From the NCBI RefSeq assembly GCF_009914755.1, contig NC_060940.1: DNA of 64,000 nt; one strand, given 5' to 3'. Numbering within the stretch: the stretch's first letter is position 1; each line of letters opens with the position of its first letter. The stretch comes from the human T2T-CHM13v2.0 reference genome, Homo sapiens. The position numbers and the translations under genes are program-made. This document shows positions 33,100 through 46,742 of this stretch, piece by piece. The notes under the pieces are model-generated. The model saw only the letters and a program-made list of their open reading frames with translations. It was not told where the DNA came from and made no database searches.

Positions 33100-33470
33100 T
33101 ATACTGAGTTTGCAGTAAAATGTCAACCTGATAAAAGAGGTACTGTAGGAGATACAGTTCTTAGACTCAGGAAACTCAAATTAACAGGCACAATTTTATT
33201 GAAATATGTCTGGTATAAAAATGAACAGATGTGTGCTGTAGGCAAGGTAGAAACAGAGTGAAATAGGATGTCCATTTCCCTGAAGCCATTTGAGAAGGCC
33301 TTACAGAGAAAGTGACATGTCATCTGCTTCTTAATTTTGGAGCAGTCAGAACTAATTTTAAGGGTATCCCCATTAGAAAAAAAAACCATATGCAAAATCA
33401 TGGCATATGAAAGAGTCGGAGTGTTTGGGGAACAGGAAGAAATAGTCTGTGGCTACAGCAGAGGGTGCGT
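33100..33470 (-). mobile_element. L2 fragment
   Basis: agaaggccttacagagaaagtgacat...tgcaaaatcatggcatatgaaaga...gtttggggaacag. Confidence 0.6.
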
Positions 33471-34619
33471 GGGGGGAGTGCATAAAATGAAAGAAAACTT
33501 AGAATTTTATCAATAACATACTTTTTTAAGTTAAAAATAATTCCTTCTGCAAGCTTACAAGTGAGATGCTCTCTCCTCTTTCCGCCTGCCGTTGTACAGC
33601 AGGAAGGCACCATAAGAAATACACTATAAATTCTGCATGCATAGGTTAACGTTACTACACAGTTTTGAGAGCTGCTAATACAGCAACATTTTAGATCGTC
33701 TTAAAAGATTTTTTAAAATTTATTTTTCATATGTAAGGGATTGACATTTGCCCCCTTTTCTTTACTTTCTACTTGCTACTCTGTCCATATTTACCCAGCT
33801 CACTTACAGGTTTGAAGAATCGGTTTACATATGGCCAAGAAAGAATACAAAGATTTGGAAAGTCTCTGGAAGAGAACGTAATAAAATCCCACCTCCCTGC
33901 AGAAGCTGAGAAAGTCTGCAGCTTGTGAAGGGCCGAGATCCCAACTGAGCCCGAAGAGGTCCCATCACTCTGTATCCCTGCCCCAGGGACTGCCTTTGAC
34001 TCAACCCATTCCTGAAATAAGCCCTCTGTAATAAAAGGTCTGTTCCTACCTATGAGTTCTGCAGTGAGTCCTACAGCCATATTGTAGAAATATTGGGTTT
34101 CTGGGGTGAGCCATATTTTCCCCCAACCTAAAATAATTTGCTTTGGTATCAGAAAAATTATGTTTTAATTATGGCTTTCTGACATTTTTTACTGGGTAAA
34201 CTCAAGAAGGCTGATTAACCACTCTGGACTGTGATTCCATTAACTACCCCAAATTAGGATATTTTATCTCTTGCAAGATTGGTGCAAAGACTAGCTGAAA
34301 TATGCAAAGTGTCTAATGCAGTACAAGTCAAAGAATAGGGTATTCAATTAATGGTAATTATAATAAAAATATATTGATAATGGGAGGACATCGAGAAAGA
34401 TGAAGGAAATGAAAAGATTTGAAGGGAAAATGAGTGTTTGCTAAAGTAGTGCTAGGAACTGTTCTCATACTTTGATCAATCATTGTATAAGCTGGACTTC
34501 TGCTTAGGTTTCAGAGTGTGATTTTTTCCTTAGGAGTTTTGTCCTGAAAACCAGAATATGGAATATTCTCCCACCAGGCTATGCCCTGCTAATCTTCTCT
34601 TCTTAGGAGTCAGGCCCAG

Positions 34620-34700
34620 TTCCTGGACCCCTAAATACTATTTGTAATTCCTGGACCCCTAAATACTATTTGTAATTCCTGGACCCCTAAATACTATTTG
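34620..34700. repeat. 28-bp perfect tandem repeat, 2.9 copies
   Basis: ttcctggacccctaaatactatttgtaa x2 plus 25 bp. Confidence 0.97.
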
Positions 34701-34971
34701 GAAGGCTCTTTTCAAAGGCTTCTAAAAAACACAAATCATTTATCAAGCCACTTTTAAATGTTAGGTATTATTCTAAGGTCATGGAAATGAATTATCTAAT
34801 TGTTACAACAAATTTCTCATCTGTCCTACTTGTGGGTGAAGCAGAGGGATTTTGTGGCATGGAAATCTATACCAAGGAAGTTAACATCCTTTCAGTTTAG
34901 TTAACCTTTGTTTTACTTTTTCTGAGAATTGCTTATTCATAAATTTTGGCAGTGAGTGATACATCTTTTAA

Positions 34972-35391
<420 letters not shown>

Positions 35392-36605
35392 TAAGTGATA
35401 AATTTCATGTGGAAGGAGATTAAGAAGGCTTCCAAAAATATGGGGTTGATAAGTAAGGTGAACAGGAAGTTCAAGACAATTGACTTGACACAAATGTAAA
35501 GCCTATGTGAGGCCCCTTGGCAGCCCTGACCAGCCTGACCTTAATGGGCACGACTGGGAAGGCGAGTCACCTTCTCAAAAAAATAAAAATCAATAAAATA
35601 AGCAGTTAGCTAAGAAACATGTACAAGGACACAATGTAACTTAACAAAAGCCCCACAATAGTGTAAGATACTGCTTTAAAAACCAGTTAAACAGACAAGT
35701 GTTCTCTGTGGGTGTATTTGTTTGAAAAGTGGTGAATGAGGTGACAAGGATGAATTTACTCAAATACCAATCAAGTTTATGAATTTTGTTTAGAATGGTC
35801 TTAGGTAGTTTTATTTTGAATTCCATTCCTTTTACTTGTGATTGTTAATGTGTTTTCATTTTAGAAATTTTGAAAGGCAGGTAATATGGAAATATAAAAA
35901 GACTTATAAGGTTACCCCCCAGAAGTGATCACTGTAAACCTTGTTTACATTTAGAATGGCTTTTTTTTTCATTTTTAGCAAGCAAACTGCCATTCATAAA
36001 GACAAGCTGCAATAAATGCAAAACCATAATACTACTGAGGACTCCCCATACTTTCATGGCCACAGCTAATGGGGCAGGCCTTGTGGGAGAACAGAGAATA
36101 GATGATCCAATACAATGCACCATCCAGTCTAAATGGCTCAGTTTATTGTTCCCTCTATGATCGCATCAACTGTTATAGAACTTCCTCCACCCCAAAGCTG
36201 CATTTCAGTATATTACATAATTGTCTGCCTGCCGAAGGAGCCATCCTTTTCCAGCAGTCCAGATCTATGCCACACAGAGCTCAGATGGGTGGACAGATTT
36301 GGGAAGGCCCCAAGGTACGCTAAGCAGGCATGATGAGAATTAATATCCCACCAGAGTGGAGCAGCATTTAGAGATAACTAGTTGAGAAGCTGTCTGGTGA
36401 CACGGTCTATCTGTGGGCCAACGCTGAAGAAAAGGACGTTAAGCCACATAGAACCCATGTGAAATAGCTGCTCAATAGTAAAGAAAATAATAATAAAAAA
36501 AAAAAGCAAAGAAAAAATCCACTTAGCAAGGAGCAGAGATGGCAAGGCCATAGGATTGTATCCCCTGCTGGCTTAATAACAGCAAGTTCTTAGAAGCTAG
36601 AGATC

Positions 36606-36910
<305 letters not shown>

Positions 36911-37118
36911 GAAGTAGGATTTGAAGGTTGTGTTAGGTTTTGTTTTTATTTACTTGTTTGTTTTCAGGGAGGTGAAGCCCAGACTCTTCAGGCACTACTG
37001 AGAAAATGTGCTGAAGATGAGGAATGTTACAAACAAGTAAAACCAATGGAGAATAGAGATACTAACTTGAATTGAAAGAGAGAGAGAAAGAAGCAATGTG
37101 AGACTCAAAAAAAAAGTT

Positions 37119-37424
37119 GGGCTGAATGCTGTGAATCACACCTGTAATCCCAGTGGTTTGGGAGGACAAGGTGGAATGATTGCCTGAGGTACGGAGTTCA
37201 AGACCAGCTTAGGCAACACGGCCAGACTCTGTCTCTAGAAAAAAACCAAACAATCAAAAAACTACATGAAATTAGTCCTGGTAACACACACACCTATAGT
37301 CCCAGCTTCTAGGAGGCTGAGGTGGGAGGATCACTTGAACCCAGGAGTTTGAGGCTACAGTGAGCCATGATTGTGTCACTGCATTCCAGACTGGGTGACA
37401 GAGCGAGACTTGAACTCAAAAAAA

Positions 37425-37463
<39 letters not shown>

Positions 37464-37465
37464 AT
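37119..37465 (+). mobile_element. AluJ with (TAAA)n tail
   Basis: ggaggatcacttgaacccaggagtttgaggctacagtgagccatgat (J-type); extended A-rich linker. Confidence 0.92.
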
Positions 37466-37772
37466 CAAAATGTTCCAAACAGGCCAGAATATTTTCCTTA
37501 TTTGTATTATTTGTTCATAACTAAATCCCACAGCATACACAACCAAGATAGGAATATACAAAGCAAAGGGCTGTAGATCATCATATAAGTATTTTTAAAG
37601 TATACTTTAAAAATTTTTAAATTGAGATAAGAATGAAAAGTTTTATTTAAACTTAAAATATCCTTATCCAAAATATAGGGTCCTGTCTCTTCTGGTTAAC
37701 AGAGGCATTTAAAGATTTAAAAAGTAGAAAATAACTTGAGGAAAATTCTTTTTCCGCAGAAGAAAGAGTTTT

Positions 37773-37816
37773 TGATCATACTCTGAAAGTTAATGATCAT
37801 ACTCTGAAAGTTAATG
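37773..37816. repeat. 21-bp perfect tandem duplication
   Basis: tgatcatactctgaaagttaa x2 plus tg. Confidence 0.95.
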
Positions 37817-38104
37817 GAGTCTTGGAGGGGGTGAAGAGGGTCTGCTGTATAATTTGGGGCTTTGGATGACTTATCTGCAAGTAAAATTCAGAGTGGATGA
37901 AATATTTTCTAACTTTATCCAGGATTCTTGGAACTTCTTATGTTTCCTTCTCTCCTTCTGCTTTTTAAGAGGAGATTTAAATTTTATTTTCATGTCAGGA
38001 GATCCCCAAGAGTAAATTGAGATCTATTAGAGGAATCCTAACTTTGAGTACCAACCACATTTTGTCCTATATCAAAATATAGGGCAAAATACAGGGCCTA
38101 AGGC

Positions 38105-38156
38105 AGCCTTATGTCACATGCCAAGCCTTATGTCACAAGCCTTATGTCACATGCCA
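38105..38156. repeat. 19/14/19-bp tandem repeat
   Basis: agccttatgtcacatgcca, agccttatgtcaca, agccttatgtcacatgcca. Confidence 0.95.
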
Positions 38157-38374
38157 AATCTCAAATGGTGAGAGATTTCTCCACTGCAGTCAGGTTAGGA
38201 AGAAGCTTAGGAGATGGATGGCAGATGCCTTCATGTGCAACAATGCAAAGTGACTGAGACTGAGGGCCTCAGGAAAAAAAAAATATCGGTCACAGCAAAG
38301 ATATAAAATTAATGTCTAAGTTCAATCTACATAGCAAGTGCAGCACAGTCTGTAAATACTAAGCATTAGCCCTA

Positions 38375-38490
38375 TGTAAGAGTCAAGAAAATGGATTCTA
38401 GATCTTTGTAGGGGACTTGCTTTCTCTTGGACCTCAGTGTCCTCATCTGCAAATTTTGTAAAGTTGGGGACTTAGATTAAATCATCTGTG
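38375..38490 (+). mobile_element. MIR/MIR3 fragment
   Basis: ggacctcagtgtcctcatctgcaaa. Confidence 0.65.
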
Positions 38491-39094
38491 CATGTATCAC
38501 CACCTCTGTGTACTGTGTGACACTCCCCTTTGATTTTCCCTTTTATTTTCCTAGATTTGATGACATGTGATGTTTGACCATCTCACTCATTTGTCTCTTC
38601 CACTTCAACAATCCACGCTTTCCCACACCTCCTCCCTCTCACACCCATTACAAGAAAGGGAGAATAAAGGCAAAAACTTTGCTAACTAACCAGGAGTTAA
38701 TTCTCTAGGTCTAAGAAGTCTATAGTCTACGCAAGAAGGTAGAACCCTAAATATTGAATTATTTTAAAGGGGAAAGTGTATTAAGAAAAATGTACTTCTA
38801 TAAGATAGAAGATCAAGGAGCACTGAAGAATGTTCTAGAAGAACAGTTCAACTCTGCTGAAGCATAAAGCTGAATATACTTTAATATACAGGTAACATTT
38901 CTTTCTGCACACATTGAACAAGTTTGTAATGCATACTTGCTTGTGCCGGCCGGCATGTATACATAGATAAGTAAAGACATACAGCTCCAATCAGAGGGTA
39001 GCATGCTCCATCTTAGAATCCTTCACCCGGGTCGTAAAATGATAACTGATAACTAAATTTATCAGATATTTTTGCCTTCAATCATTAGCTTTTT

Positions 39095-39600
39095 TCAGCT
39101 CACTTGATTTTATGCATTCTACCTATCAGACATTATGCTAGGCAATGGAGGAACAAAGAATAAAAGAAAAAAGAAATTAGGATAATTACAGAAGGCCTCT
39201 TTGAGGAGGAGGTATCTAAAGAAGTGACTTAAAGGATGAAGAGGAGTCAGGAAGGGTGAGAGGACATGCTATGTGAAGTGTGTTTGTGTATGAATGAATG
39301 TGTGTAAATGTGAGATTATACACGAATGAATAAATATGTGGTGGTGTGGGAGGTAAGAGGATGTTTTGAGAGCAGAAGTGCAAAGTCTTGGGGCAGGAGA
39401 GGAAATTCTGTAAAATGAAAAATATTAAAATGAAAGACAATGAAAGAACTAGGCCAACAGTGAAATTCAGAAACATGAAATTAGAGAACTTCCAATTAAG
39501 CTTGCAATTAAGCTTCTCTCTTATTACTAAATGGAAACCTGGCCATTAAGTAGAGGATTCTTCAGACATGTGTAAGATGTGATATATGTAGAATTACTTT
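39095..39600 (-). mobile_element. L2 fragment
   Basis: cagacattatgctaggcaatggag...gaaggcctctttgaggaggag...ttaaaggatgaagaggagtcagg. Confidence 0.65.
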
Positions 39601-39866
39601 TATGGAAATAGTATACAGATACTTAGACGTGCCTGGCAATACTTTAGGAGGTCTGTGAGTTCAGAATTTTACTCATAAAAAAATTGAGACATTAGTTTTT
39701 TTGTTTTTTTTTTTTTTACACATTGATACTTGCACTGATGGTGCAAAAGTAACAGTGAGTAACACTGCTGGAGCCTTAGCAAAATCAAGCCAGTAATATC
39801 AAACTATAGCAGTGATCACTGTATTTTTTTTATTTTCATGCATTTACAGTTTAAAAAGCCAATGTC

Positions 39867-40173
<307 letters not shown>

Positions 40174-40365
40174 GCCAGTGTCTCTTAAGAATAGCTCTTG
40201 ACATAGGTCTTTTTTAGTACATTGTGTGATATATAAAACACTTCTGCTACATCCTGAAGTGTAATGATTGCCCCAGGGAAAAAACTATTCTGCAATTGTC
40301 TGTGAGCTGAACTAGCTGCCTTTGTCATGGAACACTATTGTTGCTTGAAAGAATGGCTAACAGAT

Positions 40366-41316
40366 TGTGAAGTTTGGAAAAAACAATGTTCCCAAGACCA
40401 CTCCATCTTCTAACACTGATTTCTAGTTCAAGGTTCCCTAAGACCACTTTTAGGTTCAATAATTTACTAGAAGGACTCCAAAAACTCACTGAAAGCTATT
40501 ATAGTTAAGGAGAGCTGAAAGATACAGATAGAAATCAGCCAAGAGAAAGGGCACATGCAACAAAATATAGGAAAATTCCATACAAAACAAAGCTTCCTAT
40601 TGTCTTTTCTTTGTGGAGCTGTGGACAGCATTGCTTTCCTGGCATCGATGTGTGACCATATGCACAAGAAATTTCCAACGAGGGAAGCTCACACAGCCTT
40701 AGTGTCTAGAGCCTTTATTGGGGCTTGATCATGAAAACTTGATTGGCTCCCCACCATGGCTAACCTCATTCTCCAACTTCTCTGAAAGTCAAGTGATAGG
40801 ACATGACTCAAAGCCCATGAATCACATTACTGGTGTGGCCGAAAGCCTTCACTCGAAATCACATCGTAACTATTTGGCACCTTCCAAAGCTCCCAGGTGA
40901 ACAAACACATACCTCTCAGGCAGAATGTTTAAAAAAACCTAGAAATTACTTCCAAGAAGCTAAGTACATAGGTTAATTTTTTAAAACCTCTTTTGGGAAA
41001 GATTAACTTCTTTTTTTTTTTGGAAACCGGGTCTTGCTCTGTCACCCATTCTGGAGTGCAGTCGTGTAATCATGGCTCATTGCAGCCTTGACCTCTCAGG
41101 CACAAATGATCCTCCCACCTCATCATCCTGAGTAGCTGGGACTACAGGCACATGCCACCACACTCTACTATTTTGTTTTAATGTAGAGACAGGGTCTCAC
41201 TATGTTGCCCAGGCTGGTCTCAAATTCCTGAGCTCAAGTGATCCTCCCATATCAGCCTCCAAAATTCTTGGATTACAGCTGTGAGCCACCATGCTGGGCC
41301 CAAATTCTTTACTACA
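40366..41316 (-). mobile_element. ERVL LTR (MER77/MER21 group) nested in Charlie1a and interrupted by AluJ
   Basis: tg...ttctttactaca termini; aagaccac...ggttcaataatttactagaaggactc, agggaagctcac...gtgtctagag. Confidence 0.75.
41011..41300 (-). mobile_element. AluJ nested in the MER77-like LTR
   Basis: gcagccttgacctc, ctcactatgttgcccaggctgg; aa[c/a]ttcttt on both flanks. Confidence 0.93.
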
Positions 41317-41528
41317 CCTAAATCAGTTATGATTAACCAGACTTAGATATTTGGCAAATCTTTTCTCAAAAGTGAGTAAAATGATTCTGCCACGTCAAGG
41401 TAAACAACTGACAGTATGTGTTACTGAAGAAAAAAAATCAACTTACAAGTAAATGTTAGATTTTGGAAAATGTTATCGACTACCATAAGTTATAGATTTC
41501 CAATATTTAAAGACTTATCTGGAGAGAT

Positions 41529-42162
41529 TGAAACTGGTGGCCAAGTAGCCCTTAAAGATTAGAGAGACAGTAACTGAAGTTCCTCTAGGTAGTTATTAAC
41601 TATAACTTTCAGCTGTTTGCTTACCCATTGTTAGCTGTCCTTTTTACTCTTAAAATGTCATATAGCCTAACCATAGTTTCTGCAGTCTTCCTATAGATAG
41701 CCTCTTACCCTGATGTATGGATTACAAGATGTTGGCTAAATTGTTTTCAGAGACTCAAAAGTCAGTCCTGAATCCAGCTTAAAATGCTCAAGATCATCAA
41801 CCAACCTAACTCCTAGAACCAAAAAAAAAGTTAAAAACTCAATTGCTAGGACCATGTCCTTATGGACCCATTTCTGAAATGAGGGGTACCTCAACTATAG
41901 TTGCAACCCAGTGCCTGATCCATGGACTCTGGAATTTCCTTCATCTCAGACAATCAACTGATGACCCCTCATTACCCAATTCCCCACCCCCTTAGTTTGA
42001 TCCTTAAAGTCACCCCACTTAAGACTCATTGGGGAGGTGGATTTGAGGCTTGCTCTCATGTCTCCTCACTTGTCTGCCTCATGAATGAATCCTTTTTCTG
42101 CCACAAATCTCAATGACTCAGTGATTGGCTTGCATTGGGGAAAGAAGCCTTGTTTGGTAACA
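41529..42162 (+). mobile_element. Solo ERV1 LTR (MER4 group, LTR26/LTR45-like) nested in Charlie1a
   Basis: tgaaac...ttggtaaca termini; perfect 4-bp TSD agat at 41525-41528 and 42163-42166; ttcctatagatag, ggggaggtggatttgag. Confidence 0.8.
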
Positions 42163-42430
42163 AGATCAGTGATAATATTAGAAACATGATTTAAAAAATA
42201 TTTCCAAACAACATGTGTCAACATACGGAATATCTGCTTAACTCAATGAATCAATATTTTCCAGATGACTAATATATGATGTTATAAAATCATCATGCAA
42301 TGGTAAGAGATCCATTCAAAGTGTAAGACTAATGGATTTTAATAAAACAGCGCAAAGTTCACTGATACGGTTTTCAGATTGTGATTTACAATTAACATTT
42401 AAGAAACTATCACTTATCAAGTTTTGATGT

Positions 42431-42808
42431 TGTATTAGTTTGTTCTCCCATTGCTATAAAGAACTACCTGAGACTAGGTAATTTATAAAGACAAGAGGTT
42501 TAATTGGCTCATGGTTCCTCAGGCTGTACAGGAAGCATGGCTGCGGAGGCCTTAGTAAACTTAAAATCATGGTGGAAGGTAAAGGGGAAGCAGGCACAGT
42601 CTTCACGTGGCTGGAGCAGGAGAGAGAGAGAAAGGGGAAGGTGCTAGACACTTTCTAAGAACTAGATCTCATGAGAACCCTATCATGAGAACAGCAAGGG
42701 GGAATTCAGCCCCCATGATTCAATCACCTCCCACCAGGCCTCTCCTCTGACACTGGGAATTACAATTCAAAGGATGTAATTCTTTGAACATGGAGTCAAA
42801 ACATATCA
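42431..42808 (-). mobile_element. MSTA (MaLR LTR) nested in Charlie1a
   Basis: tgtattagtttgttctc...gctataaagaactacctgagact...catatca; perfect 5-bp TSD gatgt at 42426-42430 and 42809-42813. Confidence 0.92.
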
Positions 42809-43300
42809 GATGTAGTATCAAAAATGGATATCCATAATTATCTGATGTCTATAAAATACCTCTTTTTTTAATACATAGTCTGGATTCTCTTCATACACTT
42901 TAACCTAAATAATGTACTATACCAGATTTTTTTAAAGTTATTTTCTTCTTTCAATAACTTTGAAATATACCAGATTAAATGAAAAATAGAAATGAAAATC
43001 TAGCTCTTTTTTGTTAAGCCAGACATTAAGAGAAATGCTAAAATATAAAAGCATATGACTCTCAATGGTAATTATTTCTTTGTTCTGTAAAACAATTTTT
43101 TAATAAATATGGCATTTACATTAATGTGCAATTAAATTATTGTGAAAAATGAATGAATAAACTTTTTTCTCAGTATAAATTTCTGTTAAGATAAATACTG
43201 ATGGATATAATCCACATAAAAATTTTACTTCTTGCTTTAATAATGTTAAGAGTATGAAGTGGTCATGAGGTCAAAATGGTTGATAATAGCTATTTGAGAG

Positions 43301-43847
43301 CAGTATTTCTCAAAATGAGTCTTATGATTAGTCACTATGATCTCTGACTGGGACAACTATAGTTTGTGGGTCCAATCTGGGCAACCCTCTGTTCTATAAA
43401 TGAAATTTTATTGGAACACAAACATGCCCATTTAGTCACATATGACTTATGTCTACTTTCACACTACAATAGCAGAGTTGAATAGTTGAAGCAAAGTTGA
43501 GCAGTTGTGACAAACAGCACACACACACAGACACACACACAATTCTATGGCATGCAAAGCTTATAATATGTATTGTCTGTTTACAGAAAAATGTTTGCTC
43601 ACCCTTGATTATGTGAGCCATAAAATCAATTTTGTGGTTTGGATCAGCAATCTTCAAAAATAAAGAAAAGAATTAGGGAAAAAAGAAGTGAAACACATAG
43701 ATGAGATGAGAGAAAAAAACAGTGCATCACATAGTGGTAGCCATTATTTTTGGAACATTTGTTTTTGCTGTGTGCATGTGTGTGTGTATTGAGTTTAGTT
43801 GTAAATTTGATTTACTCTGGGTCATGGTAAGAAATTGAAATCTGCTG
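43301..43847. mobile_element. Non-autonomous hAT-Charlie element (Charlie4a/MER80-like) interrupted by MER58A
   Basis: TIR-like cagtatttctcaaa...ttgaaatctgctg; taaaatcaattttgtgg, agtgcatcacatagtg, tgtgtgtattgag. Confidence 0.55.
43340..43607 (+). mobile_element. MER58A
   Basis: ttttattggaacac...actacaatagcagagttgaatagttg...tttacagaaaaatgtttgctcacccttg. Confidence 0.85.
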
Positions 43848-44232
43848 ATTAAAGTGCAAGCTAAGTACAATTAAGATTCTCAGAGATGAATTATTAATAT
43901 TGTAAATGGTCTTAAATTCTCCAAGGCAGTAAGTGGCATATCAATTGAAAATAGATACATCGACACATTTATATTAGTCTTACTAAAGATATTCACAGAT
44001 ATTTATGGCAAAACAACTCCAACAGTTTTTGTAGAATGCGAATTTCCCCTAACTGTACAGATTTGGTTATGCTTTATAGCCTGTTATTTTAAGAAGTATA
44101 CAATGTCATTTTTCTCTATATATGTCATTGTAGATACCGAGTTTGTTTCTTAATCTGAAATTTGTCTTTTTTGCAATGTGTGTTATATTGTTAATATACA
44201 AATCACTTCAGAACGTGAATACCTTTAAAGTG

Positions 44233-44268
44233 ATATATATGTATACACACACACACACACACACACAC
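44233..44268. repeat. (TA)n(CA)n microsatellite
   Basis: Read directly. Confidence 0.9.
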
Positions 44269-44512
44269 CCCTCCTAAGGACATAATACCATATATTTTTA
44301 CAAACAAAACATACTCATGTAACCAGAGTTTGGATCTTTTACATTACACATTGGAATACATTAGAATTGAATTATTTTTTAAAACTGATCATTTTTTGAG
44401 CATGTTTTTAGGCATTTTAGGACATGAAAACATGAATAGGGCTGTTCTCTGTCATAAAGAAGTTTGAAAATAAGATGAGAATAAGACCTAGATGTAAATA
44501 GATATAAAATTT

Positions 44513-44540
44513 TGTGTGAGTGTGTGTGTGTGTGTGTGTG
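44513..44540. repeat. (TG)n microsatellite
   Basis: Read directly. Confidence 0.9.
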
Positions 44541-45819
44541 GTATAGTTTTGAAATCTCATGTCAAACAGGGCACATGCTTTCGATTCAGAGTTCTTGATT
44601 CAGATTCATGCTTGAAGACCGGCAAGGCTTTATAAAATGTGTTACACAGAGCCTAGTATACCTTGAATACTAAATAAATGTTGATATCTTCAAATTGAAG
44701 ACAATAGCAGCAGCATAAAAGATTCAGGTTTTGTGGCTGTTTTGCAACATTCCTGGCAGGAAGCACTTGTTGCGGAGATGATTACAAATTTCAGTGAACA
44801 GACCAAGTGAAACTAACATCAGAGAATAGAGCTTCAGAGGCAACATCAACAGAACAAAGATAAGAGCATTTGGTTAGCATCTTTTCATATTTTAAGGTAG
44901 AATTTTGAGCAAAAATATTTGAGAATGGTAATTAGTCAAGTTCCTACACTAATTCCTTCTTTCTCAGCTTTCCTTAAAGTTCCAAGGTATTTCCAGGGTT
45001 CCGAAACAGTTTTCAAAGCTATGCATTGTACATTTTATCTACTACGGTTACTAGGTGCTCCTCTTGTCCTTTGCTATCAGTTTTCACAAGCAGGAAAATA
45101 GTTTTCCTTGAATCTTTGCCTGTGGAGAAAGTGTTCAGTATTTTCCAAATCAAAGAGATCAATCCAGAGCAAGATAATTGCAGTATTGTATTGTCCTATG
45201 TTGTGCTGTGATGCAATATATCCTTTATGGTGGTACTTGGATAGTGAAATTGCCATAAGAGTTGAGTTAGTGCATTGCCAATAGTTACCTGACAGGTTGA
45301 AAAAAAAAAAACCCTTCAATTACATAGACACAGTGCACATATCTATCCCTCATTACTCCTCCACCAATGGCTGCCATTGATAATGAATGGCAACATCCTT
45401 TCTCCCTGAGCCCAAAGAGAGTTTCAGGACACTCATTAATGCACTGATCCATGCAACTTCTACCAATTGATGAACACTGGCACACCCATACACATCCAAA
45501 CACACACAGTGTCTAGACAATTTTATCACCTGTATAGATTTGTATAAGCTTGATGTTTTAAACACAGTTTTCATTGTATGATTCAGGCATCACAAATGAA
45601 CTCCTTCTCTGAAGTTCTAGCATGTTTTCAGTTGCAATTGAAAATCTGAGTATTTATTATGCAATAAACTTTTGCCAAATCTGAGTTATTCTTACACAAA
45701 TGTACACAAATTTCCACCATAACATAGCAGATATTGTTAATTGTATACTCACTGACCATTATTATTTACATTCTTGAAAACAGAAACCTATCTGATTCAA
45801 GAATGTGACATACTAAGCT

Positions 45820-46110
45820 CCAGCAGAGATTCTGACTTCCTCAGTTTCTCTTGTAGATAAGAAAGAAGCCACAAGATACAGTCCTTCTCAGTGAGATGTA
45901 AGCAGAAATCAGTTGGGGTTTCTAGAAAGCCGTTTTCTTTTCCTAAAAATGGGTAACATGTGGCTGATATCACTACATCTCCTCAAAGTTTTTAGCTTTG
46001 AATATGAACTTCCAGAATCATGTTATTACTATGAAATACAAGAGGGAAGGCCAAGAAAACCAGACTTTCCAGCCCATAAATCAGTAAACCTCTCAATTGC
46101 TATCAGCAAT
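45820..46110 (+). mobile_element. Old MLT1 (J/K-like) LTR fragment
   Basis: cagtgagatgtaagcagaaatc...ggggtttctagaaagc...gagggaaggccaagaaaa. Confidence 0.6.
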
Positions 46111-46607
46111 TCAAAACTGAGGAGTAATTTGTAAGATTTGACCCTTCAGGAAAAAAAAAGTGGTATTCAAACCATATAACTAAAGCAGGCCAAAAAAAAC
46201 AAAAAAACACCCCAGACCTCAAACTAGCAAAATAACAAACATATCAACACTTTGATTCTTTGTTCTTGAGAATCTATAATTAGCCAGGCCACAATGTTTC
46301 ATGCAACATTTTATTTCATTCAGCAACTTTTGGAAAGAAATACTTTAGACATAATTTTACAAATGAGGAAAATGTGAATAAAAATCACTGCAAAGGTCAC
46401 ATAGGTGATAAATATCATTATTAAAGTTTGTATTCAGGCTTGGGTAATTTGGTTATCTGCATTTCTTTATTATTATTATTATTTGTTCATTCATTCATGT
46501 AATGCTCTATATCTCTGTTAAGCAAACATAAATGGAGTTTTAATTTAAAATCCAAACCATCAGACTTTTTGTTAAATCAGAAAATCACTTTTTGTTGGAG
46601 CCACTTT

Positions 46608-46742
46608 AAGAAAAATTGCCCATTGGGTGAATGTTCACTAGTTAGGTGATGGGTACACTAAAAGCCCAGACTTCACCACTACACATGTAAGAAGCCGCAT
46701 TTGTACCCTCCAAATACGTATACATTTTTTTAAATAAAAAAA
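46608..46742 (+). mobile_element. L1MA 3' end (severely 5'-truncated)
   Basis: ggtgatgggtacactaaaagcccagacttcaccacta...ttgtaccc...aataaaaa. Confidence 0.85.

Noticed and set aside
33810-34063. Possible exon (cacttacag acceptor, gtgagt donor) and 103-aa minus-strand ORF
   Set aside because: Splice-like motifs are common by chance, no recognisable protein; needs RNA-seq
34620-34700. 28-bp repeat as a CRISPR array
   Set aside because: Head-to-tail copies without spacers, no cas genes, eukaryotic context
38530-38556. Strong acceptor-like ttttcccttttattttcctag
   Set aside because: No convincing paired donor or ORF; cannot be called from sequence alone
45200-45720. Possible ancient repeat or conserved element
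   Set aside because: I could not match it to any family or define termini
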